From Vicugna vicugna (taxonomy: Eukaryota), in the NCBI GenBank assembly GCA_013265495.1, contig MU057796.1, forward strand, positions 62,001 to 126,000: a DNA stretch of 64,000 nt, read 5' to 3'. Each line of letters starts with the position of its first letter. The first letter of the stretch is position 1. The notes under the pieces were generated by a model. That model had not been told where the DNA came from, did no database searches, and saw only the letters and a program-made list of their open reading frames with translations. Position numbers and translations under genes: made by a program. Below are positions 35,226 to 48,050 of this stretch, piece after piece.

Positions 35226-36961
35226 CCAGGCAAATGCTTCACCTTTTGGGTAGAAAAGCAGCTGTGATTAATGGAAGGAGCGAAGTGGGAGAAATTCAGT
35301 CTCGGTTTAGTTGTCAGTTTATTTTAGGAAAGTCCATCAATTTCTATGGACTCAGTTTCCCCAGAAGCTCCGTGGAGGAGATAAACTAGGTAATCTACAA
35401 TGGGGCCCTTCCAGAGCCCCCATTCTGTGAATTTTGGTGAAATTTATCTACATGGTGATGAACAGAGAGAAAGCCACATTTCTGCAAGTTTTTATTCCAT
35501 GGGAGTTGAGTAATATTTAATGTACTGGCCGCAGGAAGAAAATCTAGAACATAAGGTGCAGAGGCAAAAGGATTAGGCTTATGTGAGGCACGTAGATGGG
35601 TGTGAAAATCTCATACTCCTTGAAAGGAAAACATTGTAAGGTGATACAGGATTCCACTTAAAATTTAATGTAACAACTCGTATACCTAGGAATAGCTCCA
35701 TTCTTTTTAAATTAGAACAAATTCTGGGGGATGCAGTTGGGTGTTTAAAACTGCTTACAAATCCACTGTTTGGATTGCCATGGACTTGCTTTGAAACTAG
35801 AATAACAAAATGTGGGCTGCTGTCACTTTTGCAGAACCACTAGGCAAGTGTGTTCTGTTCACCTGGGCTCAGCCAAGAGCAGAGAAAATTTCCCAGTTCC
35901 TTGCAGCCACAGGAACCATAGCCCCATCGCCCATCTTGCAGTAGATCTTGTCTGTAAATGGGCGTAAGTAGACGTTGGTGCAAATCTCTGTCTGTGACTT
36001 CCTGGCTGCCTTCCCCCTGGCTTCAGCCCTGCGTGGGGAAGGGGTTGCTTTGGCAAAGACGGAGGAGTCACAGTCCGCTTGGTTGAAGCCATGTGATAAA
36101 TAGAGGATGCTAGACAAGACAGATTGAACATCAGTGTGAGATCACACACTTCTGTAATTTGTCTTTCGGGTTAATGAGAATTAGGATTGGGGAGGGGAAA
36201 ACCAGTTGGAGAGAGAGCTCTGAACCAGGCGGGGAACCCTGATGAATCTGTGACTGATGGGGCAGGTTGATAGATGTCCGTTTGGTGCCCATCACCCCTC
36301 GGGGTCCTGGGGTTGTGAGATCGTGACCCACCCAAGGCAGGATGAGTGCCGGAGCTTCTGACAGCTTTCTCAGAAGGGACTCTGAGGGTTCTGAGCGTTG
36401 AAAGCCATTCCTAGGCTCATGAAATGTGGGAGTTGAGCATGAGAGGTCTTTTAGCCCAGTCGTGTTGCACATGGAAGCCCTCCAATGGCAACCCTGACCT
36501 GATAGCATCCCTGCCCTCTGCCTGGATTACCTGCGGTGCCCTGGGACTCACCACCTTGGCCCTTTCACTGTAAAACACAGGTGCTTTTCAGAACATTTCT
36601 TGAGGGTCCAACTTCACCTAGCCAGAGCTGAGCAACCCCCACGACGCGAGGAAAGAATCAAGAAACAAGCAAACACACCGCTATCACAGGGTGGCAACTC
36701 TGGTTGCTTTTTTTGCTCCCCGGGCAGGGGGAAGGACCACAGGCACCATCCGTGGTTTACCTCTGTTCTTTCTTGGTGAGCTGAAGAGGCACAAATAAGC
36801 TTTTTTTTTCTTAGCCAGAGACCATTGTGTCCTCAGTGGCCCTGATTGATCTGTATGTTGATCTATAAAGATGATTTCTTTGTCTTACTGGGCTTAGCGT
36901 CTTTATAGCTGTTCAAAAGTCCACGTATTTGTCAGTCTAAATGAGTGATCCTCCAGCAGCG

Positions 36962-37151
36962 CAGTCCTGATCAGCAGGGGACACTTGGCACTGTCTGGGG
37001 ACACTCTGGTCACCCCATGTGGGGGGGGGTGCGGCTGGTGTCAGTGGGCAGAGGCCAGGGCCACTGCTAAGCATCCTCCAGGGCACAGAGCCACCCTCCA
37101 CAGCAGAGAGTTGTCTGGTCCAGCTGCCTGTGCCCTGGGGCTGGGAGCCTG
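36962..37151 (+). mobile_element. MER20 (hAT-Charlie MITE)
   Basis: caggggacacttggcactgtctggggacactctggtcac...gcagaggccagggccactgctaagcatcctccagggcacag matches the recalled MER20 consensus. Confidence 0.75.
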
Positions 37152-40100
37152 ATCTAAAGGAACCAGTTGTTCCAGCCGGCCGGTGGTACCGTCCGAGGGT
37201 GGCCAGCACGGTTGACAGGATTTTGCTTTGGCACACAGCTTTGTTTGTATCCAGGAAGACTTGAGAGGTTTAATTTGGCACACAGAAGAGCTTCTGCATT
37301 TGTATTTCTCTTTAGGGTTCTTCCAGGCGCGTTAGTGTAGAACCGAGCAGTTTGCCTTCGAAAGAACTCGTTGAGAATCAGCTGTTAGATGTATGTTTGT
37401 ACTATGATGCTGGTGGTGGTGCAGTTCACTTGCTTTCATCTGTAACTTTCCTCGCAGAGTGCTAGATATCTTGGAATCCTAAGTAGGGACTTACTTTTAA
37501 AAATCCTCCCGGGCTTTTTAAGATACGTGCAACTTACTCTTCATACAGGAGGTATAGGTTACTTTCAGTTAGAAGAGTGAGAAGTCAGGCTTTTTAAAGA
37601 GTTTTAAAAGGCTTTATTTTTTCAATGGTTTATTCGTACAGTTTCAGGCAGCAACTGTTTTCCCGTGGTGGACATAGAATTCTAAGTCTGGTGTATTGTT
37701 CATCATTTGGTGGGGGTTTTGTTTTGTTGGTTTGGTTGGTGTAGTAGGGGACACCAAAGGAAATATTTCTGAAGGGAAGTCAAGGGAGTTTTTTTTTTTT
37801 TTCTTTTTTCTCGTTGTCTTGGGAAGGCCAAAGTGATACTGATGCAAGTTTTGATATGTCATAGTAGCGTAACAGGCATAAGCATTGAATAATTTCCATT
37901 CCGCCCTTCACAGAGGGGACCCCCTGCTGAGAGAAGACGCTGTCAGTCAAGGCAACAGCTAATTAGATTAGCTCCAGTGCTTCTGTGGACGGCTTCCAGA
38001 AGCACACACCCTGTCACATCTCCCCCGAGGATCAGTCCAGGCTCCCACTTTCCCCATGCCTTTGACTCAAACCGCGCTACACTTGGAAATGGGTGGGATA
38101 AACATTTCGGGGGTTCCCATTCGGGGCTGGACCCTCTGTGCCAGGTGGGGTTCTCAGAATGGAAACAGGAGGCACACATTCTTTAGGGACATAAAAGTAG
38201 GGACCAGGAGGGGGTCCCAGGCCCACAAGGACTGTAACTCAGTGAAATAATACAGAGTATTATACCCACCATATAAACAAAGGACTGTGGGATTTGGAAT
38301 TGCCCCATCGAGTGAATTTCTCTTTCTCTTCTGTCTTATCAGTGTGATCATCGAATGACTGTTTTGACTTTTTTTTTTTTTAATTAAAATGGCCAAACTA
38401 AAATGAGTGAGTAGTGGGGGACCAACTGAAGTTTGAAGGTGTTCTAGAAAGCCTTTGGTAGTGCTATTTATTCACAGTGAAAAAAAAAAAACCCTCCTTT
38501 CCTTTAATTGTGAGGCTCACAGAAGCATGCGGCCGAGGTCCTGGTGGTGGGACCGGCGGGCTCTCTGAAGAGTGACGTGTCCCCCCCGGGTGCTCGTGGG
38601 CTCCAGCAGCACCGTGCCCTGGGCTTGTTCGTTTTTTCAGTCATCTCAGTGCTCTGAATTCTTCCCCCTGGGGACGTGCTCTGACCCGGCTCCTGCCGGG
38701 GATGGCACCGCCGCTTCATGCAGAAGGCTGGCCTTCTGATGTTCCCCCATGGAACATGACAGTTTTCCCTGTGATGGCCGAATTAATTATCAGAAATGGT
38801 TTGCTGGCAGACAGTTGGATGCTAATTATGATTGGTGCTTTTGCACCCTTAAATCCAAATCTGTTGATGTTTGTTGGTGGTGGTAAAAATGAAAAACCAT
38901 AAAATATGAAAATAAATTTTTTTTTAAACAGCTGAAAGCAATGCACATTTGGCCTGGAAACTCTGATGGAGTTCACTGTGATCTGAGCTCCAGCTACTCA
39001 GCCTGGTTATGGGGAAAGAGAGTGAAGGAAGTGGTTAATTAATTGTCACTTTCTGGGTAAAGAGGGGTTTGAGTTTGGATATTTCAATTTCAAAAAGTGG
39101 CATTGATTAAATCTGAGCGGACATTTGGAGAGGTGTTCCCAGAAGGTCTAAATCTGATTATCCAATTTGACCTCATGCTGGGTCTCAGGCTTGTGAAATC
39201 TTTCCACCTGGGAAGAATTATTTTCAATTAAATGGATCTGACCGTTGGAGAAAGAATCTTGAAAGGCACCTGCAGGGCGGGGTCATGTAGTGAACAAAGT
39301 TGCCCAGCGCACAAAGGGACGACTTGGGCGGCAGCGTGTGCTCATGTTGGCTCTGGGTATCATTTCACTTACCCATCAGTGGTTACCTTAATGATGTGTT
39401 GGGATGAAGGCAGGTGGGTGCTTCCTGGAGCTGTGTGACATCAGAAGATGGATGCTGTCTCTGACTCTCACTGGGGACAAGCGAGAAGTGGGCCAACAGA
39501 CCCTTGATTGTTGGAAGAGATGATACTCTATTAGGAGATGGTCAAAAAAGTCAGAAGGGGATCTAGTATTAACGGGGAAAGCTGAAGAGCTGAGAAAATA
39601 AGAAAAGGAAACTAACTTCATACAGGTATGTGAATGGGCTGGCTTTCGTTAGCAGGGCTTATGATGCAAGCAGTATTCCAGCATATGTTCTAGAATAATC
39701 TTTAATACATCAGTTAACAAAGGGCACCCATAAATACTGTTTTGGGAATGGCAGGGACTGTTTAAGTAGGTTGTTTTTCCTCAAGGAAAATTACATGATT
39801 CATAATTTCTTGTTAAATTAGGGGGCTGATGTATAATGACAATTTAAAAAAAAATTTTTGTCTAATTCACGTTGCATCTCAGTCACTAATCATCAGATAA
39901 GATTATCTGGCAAAAACATAAACTTCTTTTTAGGTTTTATCTGGGGTTGCAGCAGTACACAGTCCCCACTCAGGAGCTACTCTTAGCACAGGTTCATTCT
40001 TCAGGGGAAAATTTCTGCAGGTACAAAGACAGGGGCATAAAAACTAACTGCCCTGTTCCATGGCAGGACTGGGTGTGGCTGAGGATCCAGTTTTGTTATA

Positions 40101-41249
40101 AAGGGCAGTTTTTAAGTCCCTGCAATTTTTCTCCAGTTACCCTTTGGGTTGAATTTCCTGATAATTTTCTTGCTTCCAAGATACCCACACAAGATGAGAC
40201 AGATGGGAAGTTTAAGGGAATTAGACTTACTAAATTTCATTTCTCTTTGCCCTTTTCGACTTTGTCTCGATAATTTTAGTTCTTACCATGCTAGCAGTCC
40301 GGTGACCTCCGTTCTCCTCTCGTAAGCCAGAGAGGAAAGACCTCGGTATTGACAGAGACTCAGAGCCTCCAGTCTGTCCCAGCTGCACCTGGCCCAGGTA
40401 GAGGTGGGCAGTTGGCACAGTTGGAAGGGGCACGGAGGGCGGGTGCCAAGCCAATAGTACGAGCACCTGGATTTGCTCATGAGTTTTCCCGTTGATTTAT
40501 TCACACTCTCTCTCGCTCACTGATGGGTTCACAGACACTTGCTGAGCGTTATAGAATGCTGGGAACCAGGCCCATCATCCTGGTGAAGAAAACACGGGCC
40601 CCACCCTTGGAGGTTCAGTTCCCTAAGCACAAAGCATTCCAGGAGCTGGCTGGCGTCACGGCCTCTCACACCTGCAACTTCCATGGTGGCAAAGCACGTA
40701 GGAGCCAAGTTGATACAGCCCAGGAGCTCTTTTACCAGTTGGGCGTGTCCCTTTCTAGAAAGGACACAATCCGAATGTGGCATCCTCCAGTATTTGAAGA
40801 TGAGAAAAGCGCATTATGACATGCACAGTTTCATCAGGGCGGGTGTCTCTAGATTCTGTCAGTTTTGTCTTAGACCTTCTAGGTGGCTTTGTAGGGAGTG
40901 ACAGAGTCCGTCTGAAAAGAGCCTGGACCGGGGCTTCAGGTAGATTTTGAATGCGTATCTCACATCTGTCTCCTTGGCCTGATCACTCGCCCTGACCAAG
41001 CCCCAGTTTCTCATCTGTGGAACAAGACATTTAAGCAAAGTGAGTTTAGGTGATCCTGACTCTCAAAATCTATATTTTTTACTTTAATGGGTGAAAAGCC
41101 CAATAGTTTAAGAACTTAATCCAATGATTTTGTTACCAAAACAAGGAAGAGTGTTCAACTAAACTTTTTTCCCCCCCATTTAGGACAAGGTGAGTTTCAA
41201 AAACGTTATCATCTGAGCTGCCTGAGGGCAGAGGCAGTATTTTCAGTAA

Positions 41250-41485
41250 TAACAACTGCCATTTATTGAATATTGATGATGTGTTCAAATTAACTGACAC
41301 GAGCTCATTTAACCTGCACCACGAGCTGAGGAGGGAGGTTCTCTTATTCCCCAGGTGCATATGTGTGATGTGTGCATGGTCCATTGTGCAGATGAGGGGA
41401 TCAGGACTCAGAGATTAAGTAAGTCTTCAAGTGCACGCATCCTGAACATTAAGATGGGGTCTGAATCGAGTCTAGATCTGTATGA
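41250..41485 (-). mobile_element. MIR
   Basis: aacaactgccatttattgaat...ctcatttaacctgcac...cattgtgcagatgaggggatcaggactcagagattaagtaa is antisense MIR. Confidence 0.7.
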
Positions 41486-41784
41486 TTCAAAGAACCACTT
41501 GACGGAGGTTCTCATTACACATGTAGCCACAACACCTGTCCCACAGGGGAGGCTCAGTAATCAGTGAGCACATGGTGGGTGGGATAAGTTTGAAACTCTT
41601 CATGCGGTCACTTTGAAGACATGTGCTCACGGAGCCCTTCTTTTTATTTCCCATTATTGAGTATTTTGTTTCACTATGCACAGAAGCTGCAGTCTTCCCA
41701 GATCATTTTCATGCCAGTGGGTCTAGTTGTAAACCTTCAGTAATTAAAATAACATCCTCTGGCCCTTTGATAACTCAAATGTCA

Positions 41785-41930
41785 TCTCCTGGCCAGCAGC
41801 ATTGGCATTACCTGGTGACTGGTCAGACATGCAGGCTCTTGGGCCCCACCCCAGACCCACTGAATCAGACTGTGCACATGCATAGGTTACTGGGTGACTC
41901 CTGTGCACACTGAAGTTTGGGAGCTTTGCA
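41785..41930 (+). mobile_element. MER5A (hAT-Charlie MITE)
   Basis: ccagcagcattggcattacctgg...gggccccaccccagacccactgaatcagact...gcacactgaagtttgggag matches the recalled MER5A consensus. Confidence 0.8.
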
Positions 41931-42137
41931 CGGTTAGTGGGCCGCCAAGGGATCCCTGGGTGGCCAGACAGAGAAGACAGTGGAATATTGCGTTATGATA
42001 GCAACCCTCCTAGTGTTGTGGACAAGAGTGAAGCCTTCAAGGAATATATTTATATATAAGGTACTGAAGAACATGACACTCGGGAGGCAGGAAGATGACC
42101 TGAGCACAAGAGAGGCTGTGAAAGTAAAAAATCTTGA

Positions 42138-42285
42138 GGGGGAGGGTATAGCTAAGTGGTAGAGCGCATGCTTAGCATGCATGAGGTCCTGGGTTCAATC
42201 CCCAGTACCACCGTTAAAAATAAATAAATAAACCTAATTATCTCCCCCCCCCCCAAAAAAGCCACCAACGGCAAAAAAAAAAAAA
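42138..42285 (+). mobile_element. Full-length camelid tRNA-Ala(AGC)-derived SINE (Vic-1-like)
   Basis: gggggagggtatagctaagtggtagagcgcatgcttagcatgcatgaggtcctgggttcaatccccagtacc, then the tail aaataaataaacctaattatctcccc and A-runs. TSD-like aaaaaatct on both sides. Confidence 0.93.
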
Positions 42286-43862
42286 TCTCTTTCCATGACC
42301 TTGCTTTTTATGTAGTTGAAGAAGAAATGAACTTTTTCCTTTGGTGGAAAAAAGTCATTCCAGGTTGTTTCGAAGTTCAAACAATCAAGTCCAATTAGTA
42401 AAGAGTAAGAATTAATAAAAAGAGAGAAGGTGAGAGCTTAGTTATAAACCAGACTTCTCAAAGTTCTCCTTTTGAGCTAACTGCAGGGCTCTTGGTCTCT
42501 TTGTTTTTTCACCTCAAAGTTCACATTTCTCAGAAAACAATGGCAAAGTGAAAAAAACATATGATTCGTATAAAATAATTATTCAGAATTGTTGTTAAGA
42601 ACACATACACAGTGTGCAGGGATGAATGCCTTTTCCACCCGTCTCATGTGGCTGTTCCTGAAATGAACAAAATTTTACAGAACACAGAGTAAAAAGTGTA
42701 ACATTTCTTTGTCCTCAGTTTATTCAAAAAACAGGTAAAAAAATTGAAGTTAAATTGTGTGTTCAGTGACATTTTATAGATTTTATGTTGAAAAACACTT
42801 AGCATTATGGACAAAACATAAGTGGACTAGAATGGGAGTCGGATCTACCGTGAAATGTTAGAATGTTAGTGTGTTAATAATACGTGTCTGCATATAATGG
42901 GTTCCGAGGTGGAAGAAGAGGATGACTAACTGATCTGATAACGTGTTGGTATTTCACAGAAGGTTCAGGCAGGTGGAAGTGCGGCCAAGGTTTCCAAAAC
43001 TCTCCATCCTAACTTCTAGGATCATGTTCTCCAAGCTGCTGATTAATGTAGAGTCAGCTTCATACATTGAGATGTTTAATCAATTGGCAGATTGCTGTCA
43101 ATAAATATGTGTCTTAAGTGGTTTGTAATAGACAGGCTAATGAAGTGTCCTCTGTGAGTGGCAGAGCTATTGGGAAAAAAATCTCTCTCCCTTCCGGGCA
43201 TCTTGCCACATTTTATCAGCCTCCCTGTGATGCAGAGAGGAATGCCCTCCACTCTTGCCTGTCTGTCTCACCTCTGGATGGAGTATCTGGAGGACCAGAA
43301 AGTGAATTGCACTTTATGCCAACAGTTACTCGAGCAGCGAGACGGGGAGAGGGTGGCGATTGTAATAGTGACGTTTGTTAAGCAGTTACGACTCGCTGTG
43401 CTCTGGGTCCAGTCCTCTGTCTCCAATTAATCTCATTTAACCGTCCCAGTGACCCGATGAGAGTAGACACTTTCTCAAACCTCTCAGATCTTTCATGTAA
43501 CCAGTGCTTTTGTCAGTGCTGCTGAAAACCTGGAATAGATTTCGTCAATAACAGAACATGCTCCATATGCAACTTATTTGAAGTCATTGTAATTCCCCAC
43601 CTGTAACATATTGGAGAAATACAAGGAATACGGCTTATTTTTGTGGACATTCAGTGTATAAACTGCTTGTTCCTGGGTACACTGGGGGTGAGGAGGCAGT
43701 AGTCAGTTGTTTGCATCTGTGCATGGAAATTCTCTCTGAATTTGACGGCTCCAAGTGCAGTCAAATAGAGATGTGATGTGCTTGCTGCTCAGATACTCTT
43801 AAGTGGTCTCCATGTCAGTGATGCGACTTTGCGAGATGGTGTACAACTCTTACCAGAGCTCC

Positions 43863-43867
43863 AAAAC

Positions 43868-43897
<30 letters not shown>
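43863..43897. repeat. (AAAAC)n microsatellite
   Basis: About 7 AAAAC units. Confidence 0.95.
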
Positions 43898-43898
<1 letters not shown>

Positions 43899-46539
43899 AG
43901 TTCACACCTCAGTTTGCACAAACTTGCCTTGCTGGAATATCCAGTATACATTGATACCGGGCAGAAAATACTTTGTGTTCATACATAAAGGACTTCCACC
44001 TACACGAACGTCCAGTGGACGCCAAGAGGTCGGGCAGCCTGGAAGACCACTCTCAATGGGGTCTTCCTCTCGCAAGCAAAACAAGAGAAGACTTCCTCAG
44101 CCGATGCGTAAAGCTGGTCCAAATGGAGTGCAACTAACTAATTCTGCCTGAATTTCCCCCAAGCTTCTGCACTTGTCTTTGTTTATTATATTAATAAATA
44201 CTGTACAGCTAATGTTCCCATCTGGCAGGGCAGAGAAAGGGGCATAAAAATGAAGTTGTGGTTACAGCTCTTCAATACTAATGAAGGTGATACCTACTTG
44301 GCATGGTAGAAAGGTGGGCCTTTATTTTAGAGTTCTTAATTAAGAACTGCCAAGTGACTCATATTAATTAAGAAGCCAGCTGCATCCTTCAGTTTCCTGG
44401 TATATTTCTTCTTACGAACCTGTGAAGGGAGTGAGCCTGAGCCTCTTTTAATCAATCAGCCCACGAGCAGTTATGTATGAGGAATACTTGGTGTGTACGG
44501 AACCAGGCTGCACGGACAGAGATTTATAAGACACTGTCTTTGCTTTTAGGATTGCCACCTAATTGAGGTGTGCACACCAACCCAGAGAGCCAGTATTTCA
44601 GGGCAGTGAAGTAAAGGCAGGCTCTGGGTAGTATTGGTGGCATGAGAGGAGCATGGCAGTGTGGTGGGAGGGAGCTTTTTGAAACTACGCCGGTGCCCTC
44701 CCTCTGCCGGCGTCCCAGGAGCCAGCTGCTGTAAGTGATGGGAAGGTATCCAGAATCGTATCCCCAGCCATGGACGGAAGGTTGAGGACCTCCCAGCAGC
44801 CTGGAGAGTTGGATTTCAGAGGAAAGAGCGATGATCATGGGCAGAAATAGTCGGCATGACTATAGCTGGGCTCTGAAGAGGAGGGACGTTGGCACTGGGC
44901 AGCCCACAGAGGCGGAGGAAGAGGGAGGTACCAGGCATGCCTCTGGCATGACCGCTTCAGCTCTGCAGTGCCCAGCCTCTCCGCCAGCTGCCGCATGAGT
45001 GCGCCTCTTAGCACCGCTCACACCTCCGCACACTTACGCCCGGCCTCCCTCAGGATCCTGGTTCGTGGTTGAAACAGGAACTCAGTGCGCTTACATGTTC
45101 CTGGCCTGACCACTCAGCTCCTTAATAAAATTGTGCTTAGAGCGAGGGGCTTATGATGAAACACCTCAAAATCCCAGTCCATGTTTCCACGTTCTAGGTC
45201 TTGACATCGATGTGTTAATATCCCTTCAGTTCTGGTTCCTTGAATCACTAGCGATTGAAGACGGATTATATGAAGATTAAGTTCTAATGTACTTTCTTTT
45301 GCCTTTGCCTGATACATTGTTAATTTTGCAGTTGTTTTTAAACCGAAGCTCGAATTGTAGTCCAATTTACAATTCTCGCTTCATTTCACCCCCAGAAACC
45401 CAGATTGCTGAGTCGTATCGGTAGATGGACAATTGTGTTGTTAAATCACCTAACACGGTGCTCTGGGTCTTCTCCTGCGGGGGTCCTGAGTCCACAAACC
45501 TGCAGCCCACCGTGCTCCTTCACAGGCTTTCTTGACTAGTTAACATTTCCTTTAAACGGTCCCAGGAGACCTCTGTCTGGGTCAAGAAACCTTTCCTTTG
45601 AGCCTGAGTCGTGGTCGTTCACAAGGGCGTCTTAGATTTAGCTTCATTCTAGGAGGCTGTTTGATGTGCTTTTCTCTCCTCGGTCTCTGCCTCTGAACTC
45701 TGTCTTTAGGCATCTGTTCTGATCGAGAGCTCATTTTCCCTTCGTGTTGCCCCTGTGTGTATATGTATAAACCCTCTCTAGCCTTACATATTAACAACCT
45801 TTTTCAATAATTCTGGACATCTTTTTCCTAACTAAGAAACCTTTTTCATTAAGCATTTTCTAGAGCCCTCCTGCTGCTTTAGACAAAGTCCTGATCAAGT
45901 TCCCAGCTTTGGAATGCTGTGGTTCTGAAATCCCCGAGTCTAACTACGAGCACAGTTCCTTGCGAGAAGAGGAAACCTTGAAACGAGTGGGTCTGTGCAT
46001 TTTTTTTCATTTTGTAACTTGGAGAATTTTACTGACTTCGGATCATCCTCAGCCTCAAACTGAAGCTGTTCAGTGGCTTCCTGTGAGTGGTACCCACACA
46101 GAAACCAAAATAACTGTAGAAACACTCTTCTCTGGAAGATTGATTTTGCCATGTCCAGATAACATCTATGTTGTTACGAGCTTTAATATTTTTCCTTAAA
46201 TCAGTTCACATCCTTAAATTTATTTTTATTTAAATATTTTTTATCTATTAAATATTTTTATTTATTAAGTATTTTTAAAAAGAGACCTATCCAGCAGGAT
46301 ATAAACAGTCAATTGGCATCACTTGCAATTAAGAAAAATACACACCTAATAATTAAATGTTAAAGTTCACATCTGTACATCTAGTCATTTTACAGAACAG
46401 CTTTGGGAGAGAAGGCCTGGGGGAGATGTTACATCAGAGAGGGTGCGGTAGGGTGAGGGAAACAGACCCATGGCTCCTGGGCAGTAAAGGCCTCAGGTTT
46501 AATTTTACTTGTGAGTTTCCTTTACACCGTGATTTTTCT

Positions 46540-46702
46540 TGATAACTTTTTGGGCCAGGTGACCCTTTGTTGTTGGAGACTCTCCTGTGCATTGTAGGGG
46601 GTTTAGCAGCATCCTGGTCTCTACCCTCCAGGTGTGACAACCCAAGGTGTGTCTAGACATTGCCAGGTGGCCCCTGGCGGAGGGCAGAGTTGAGAACCAC
46701 TG
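46540..46702 (-). mobile_element. MER20 (antisense)
   Basis: ttgggccagg...cctgtgcattgtagggggtttagcagcatcctggtctctaccc...gacattgccaggtggcccctgg...gttgagaaccactg. Confidence 0.8.
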
Positions 46703-47267
46703 TGTTATATGTCAGTCACTGTATTAATTTTACTGTCTTTGTTGTTACTGTCTTAAATTGGCACTTTGTTAGGTGTATGTATTTAAACTGTGCTGCAGTT
46801 TTTGAGACTTTGCGGTTTAGCATTTTGGTGCCTGAGTCTAAAAAATCCTTGACCTCCAGGATGAACGTGGCCACGGCTGCTTTCTGAGACCTGCTTGGAG
46901 CACACTGAGTCCCTTCATTGTAGAGCTCGCTTTTCCCACTGATGGTCAGTTCCCGAAGGAAGACCTCAGTGTTCCCTGCCCCTCTGTTAATGTTTCACCA
47001 CTTCTGTCTTAGCTTTGTACTGTTGATGTGTTTTGGGGAGTCTAGGATCTGCACCCTTGTTTATAATAAATGCAAAGCATTTGGAAAAATGGTAAATGGA
47101 AGTCTGGGTCTTCTCTACCCTCCTCATGGATTTGTGGCTTACATGCTAGTATGCTTCATTTTAAGACAGTCCAGTGAGAAATGAGTTCATGTGTTATCCA
47201 CTGTCTGCATCAACAGAGGCTTGCATTTCTGTGAGATACTACTTCCTTTAAATGTATGCTCTCGAGT

Positions 47268-47355
47268 GGGGGTTATAGCTCGGTGGTAGAACGTGTGCTT
47301 GGCATGCACGGGGTCCTGGGTTCGATCCCCAGTGCCCCCGTTAAGGGAAAAAAAT
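47268..47355 (+). mobile_element. Short tRNA-Ala-derived SINE / tRNA pseudogene
   Basis: gggggttatagctcggtggtagaacgtgtgcttggcatgcacggggtcctgggttcgatccccagtgcccccg plus an A-rich end. Same head as the other SINE copies. Confidence 0.85.
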
Positions 47356-47914
47356 TCTTTTGAAGTATAATCTCTTTTAACTTTCACGAAAATCTAATGA
47401 TGATGGTTAATATCATTTATCCCTATTTTTTTCAGTGAGGGAAGCATGAAGTTTAGGTAGGTGAAATGACTTCCCCAAAGACAGAATATTGGAAGCGGAC
47501 ACATTGATAGGCACCTGTCAATAATTGTGTTTATAATTGTGGCAAATACTGATGCCATTCCTTGTGATTAAAATACTAAACCTGGTTATAAAATGATAAA
47601 CTATGATTAAACTGTGATACTGCTTCTTAAAAGTGCTTTAGATGAAACCTTGAAATACTAGTACAAGTTATGTGTAAGTAGGAGGCTTCTGGCTGATTTT
47701 TTTTTTTAACCTTTTTCTGAATTTCTAGATGAATTGTAATATATTTCTATTTGTTTTTAGAAATGAAATTTAGATGTTAAAAATGAAGGAAGATGCAATT
47801 TGGATTACTGCCAGAGTCCTTTTTCTCTATAATTCTAAGAGATGTCCATCGCCTGCACATGAGTATTATTTCAAACGATGCTCTTTTTATGTAAACATCC
47901 TTCCATCTGTGTCT

Positions 47915-48050
47915 TTCCATTTAGTTTTTAATAATGTTTATATATTTAAAATTAAAAAAAAATTTTTTTGATAAAGTGGAAGCAGATTTATTCAAGGAGA
48001 TACACACCCCATAGACAGAGTGTGGATGCCTCGGAAGGTAAGAGAGGCAG
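47915..48050 (-). mobile_element. Poly(A)-tailed retrocopy of an ERV LTR R-region fragment
   Basis: The minus strand reads ctgcctctcttaccttccgaggcatccacactctgtctatggggtgtgtatctccttgAATAAAtctgcttccactttatc followed by A-runs. Degenerate TSD ccttccatctgtgtct (47899-47914) / ccttccttcacgtct (48051-48065). Confidence 0.65.

Noticed and set aside
39440..39631. Exon ending at CAG|GTATGT (39625/39626)
   Set aside because: No convincing upstream acceptor, and the frames I checked contain stops. An isolated donor match is expected by chance.
42138..42214. Functional tRNA-Ala(AGC) gene
   Set aside because: It is followed by the SINE family tail, A-runs and TSD-like flanks, and five related copies occur in the window. 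It is a SINE head.
46210..46282. AT-rich imperfect ~17-bp tandem repeat
   Set aside because: Ordinary low-complexity slippage with no further structure.
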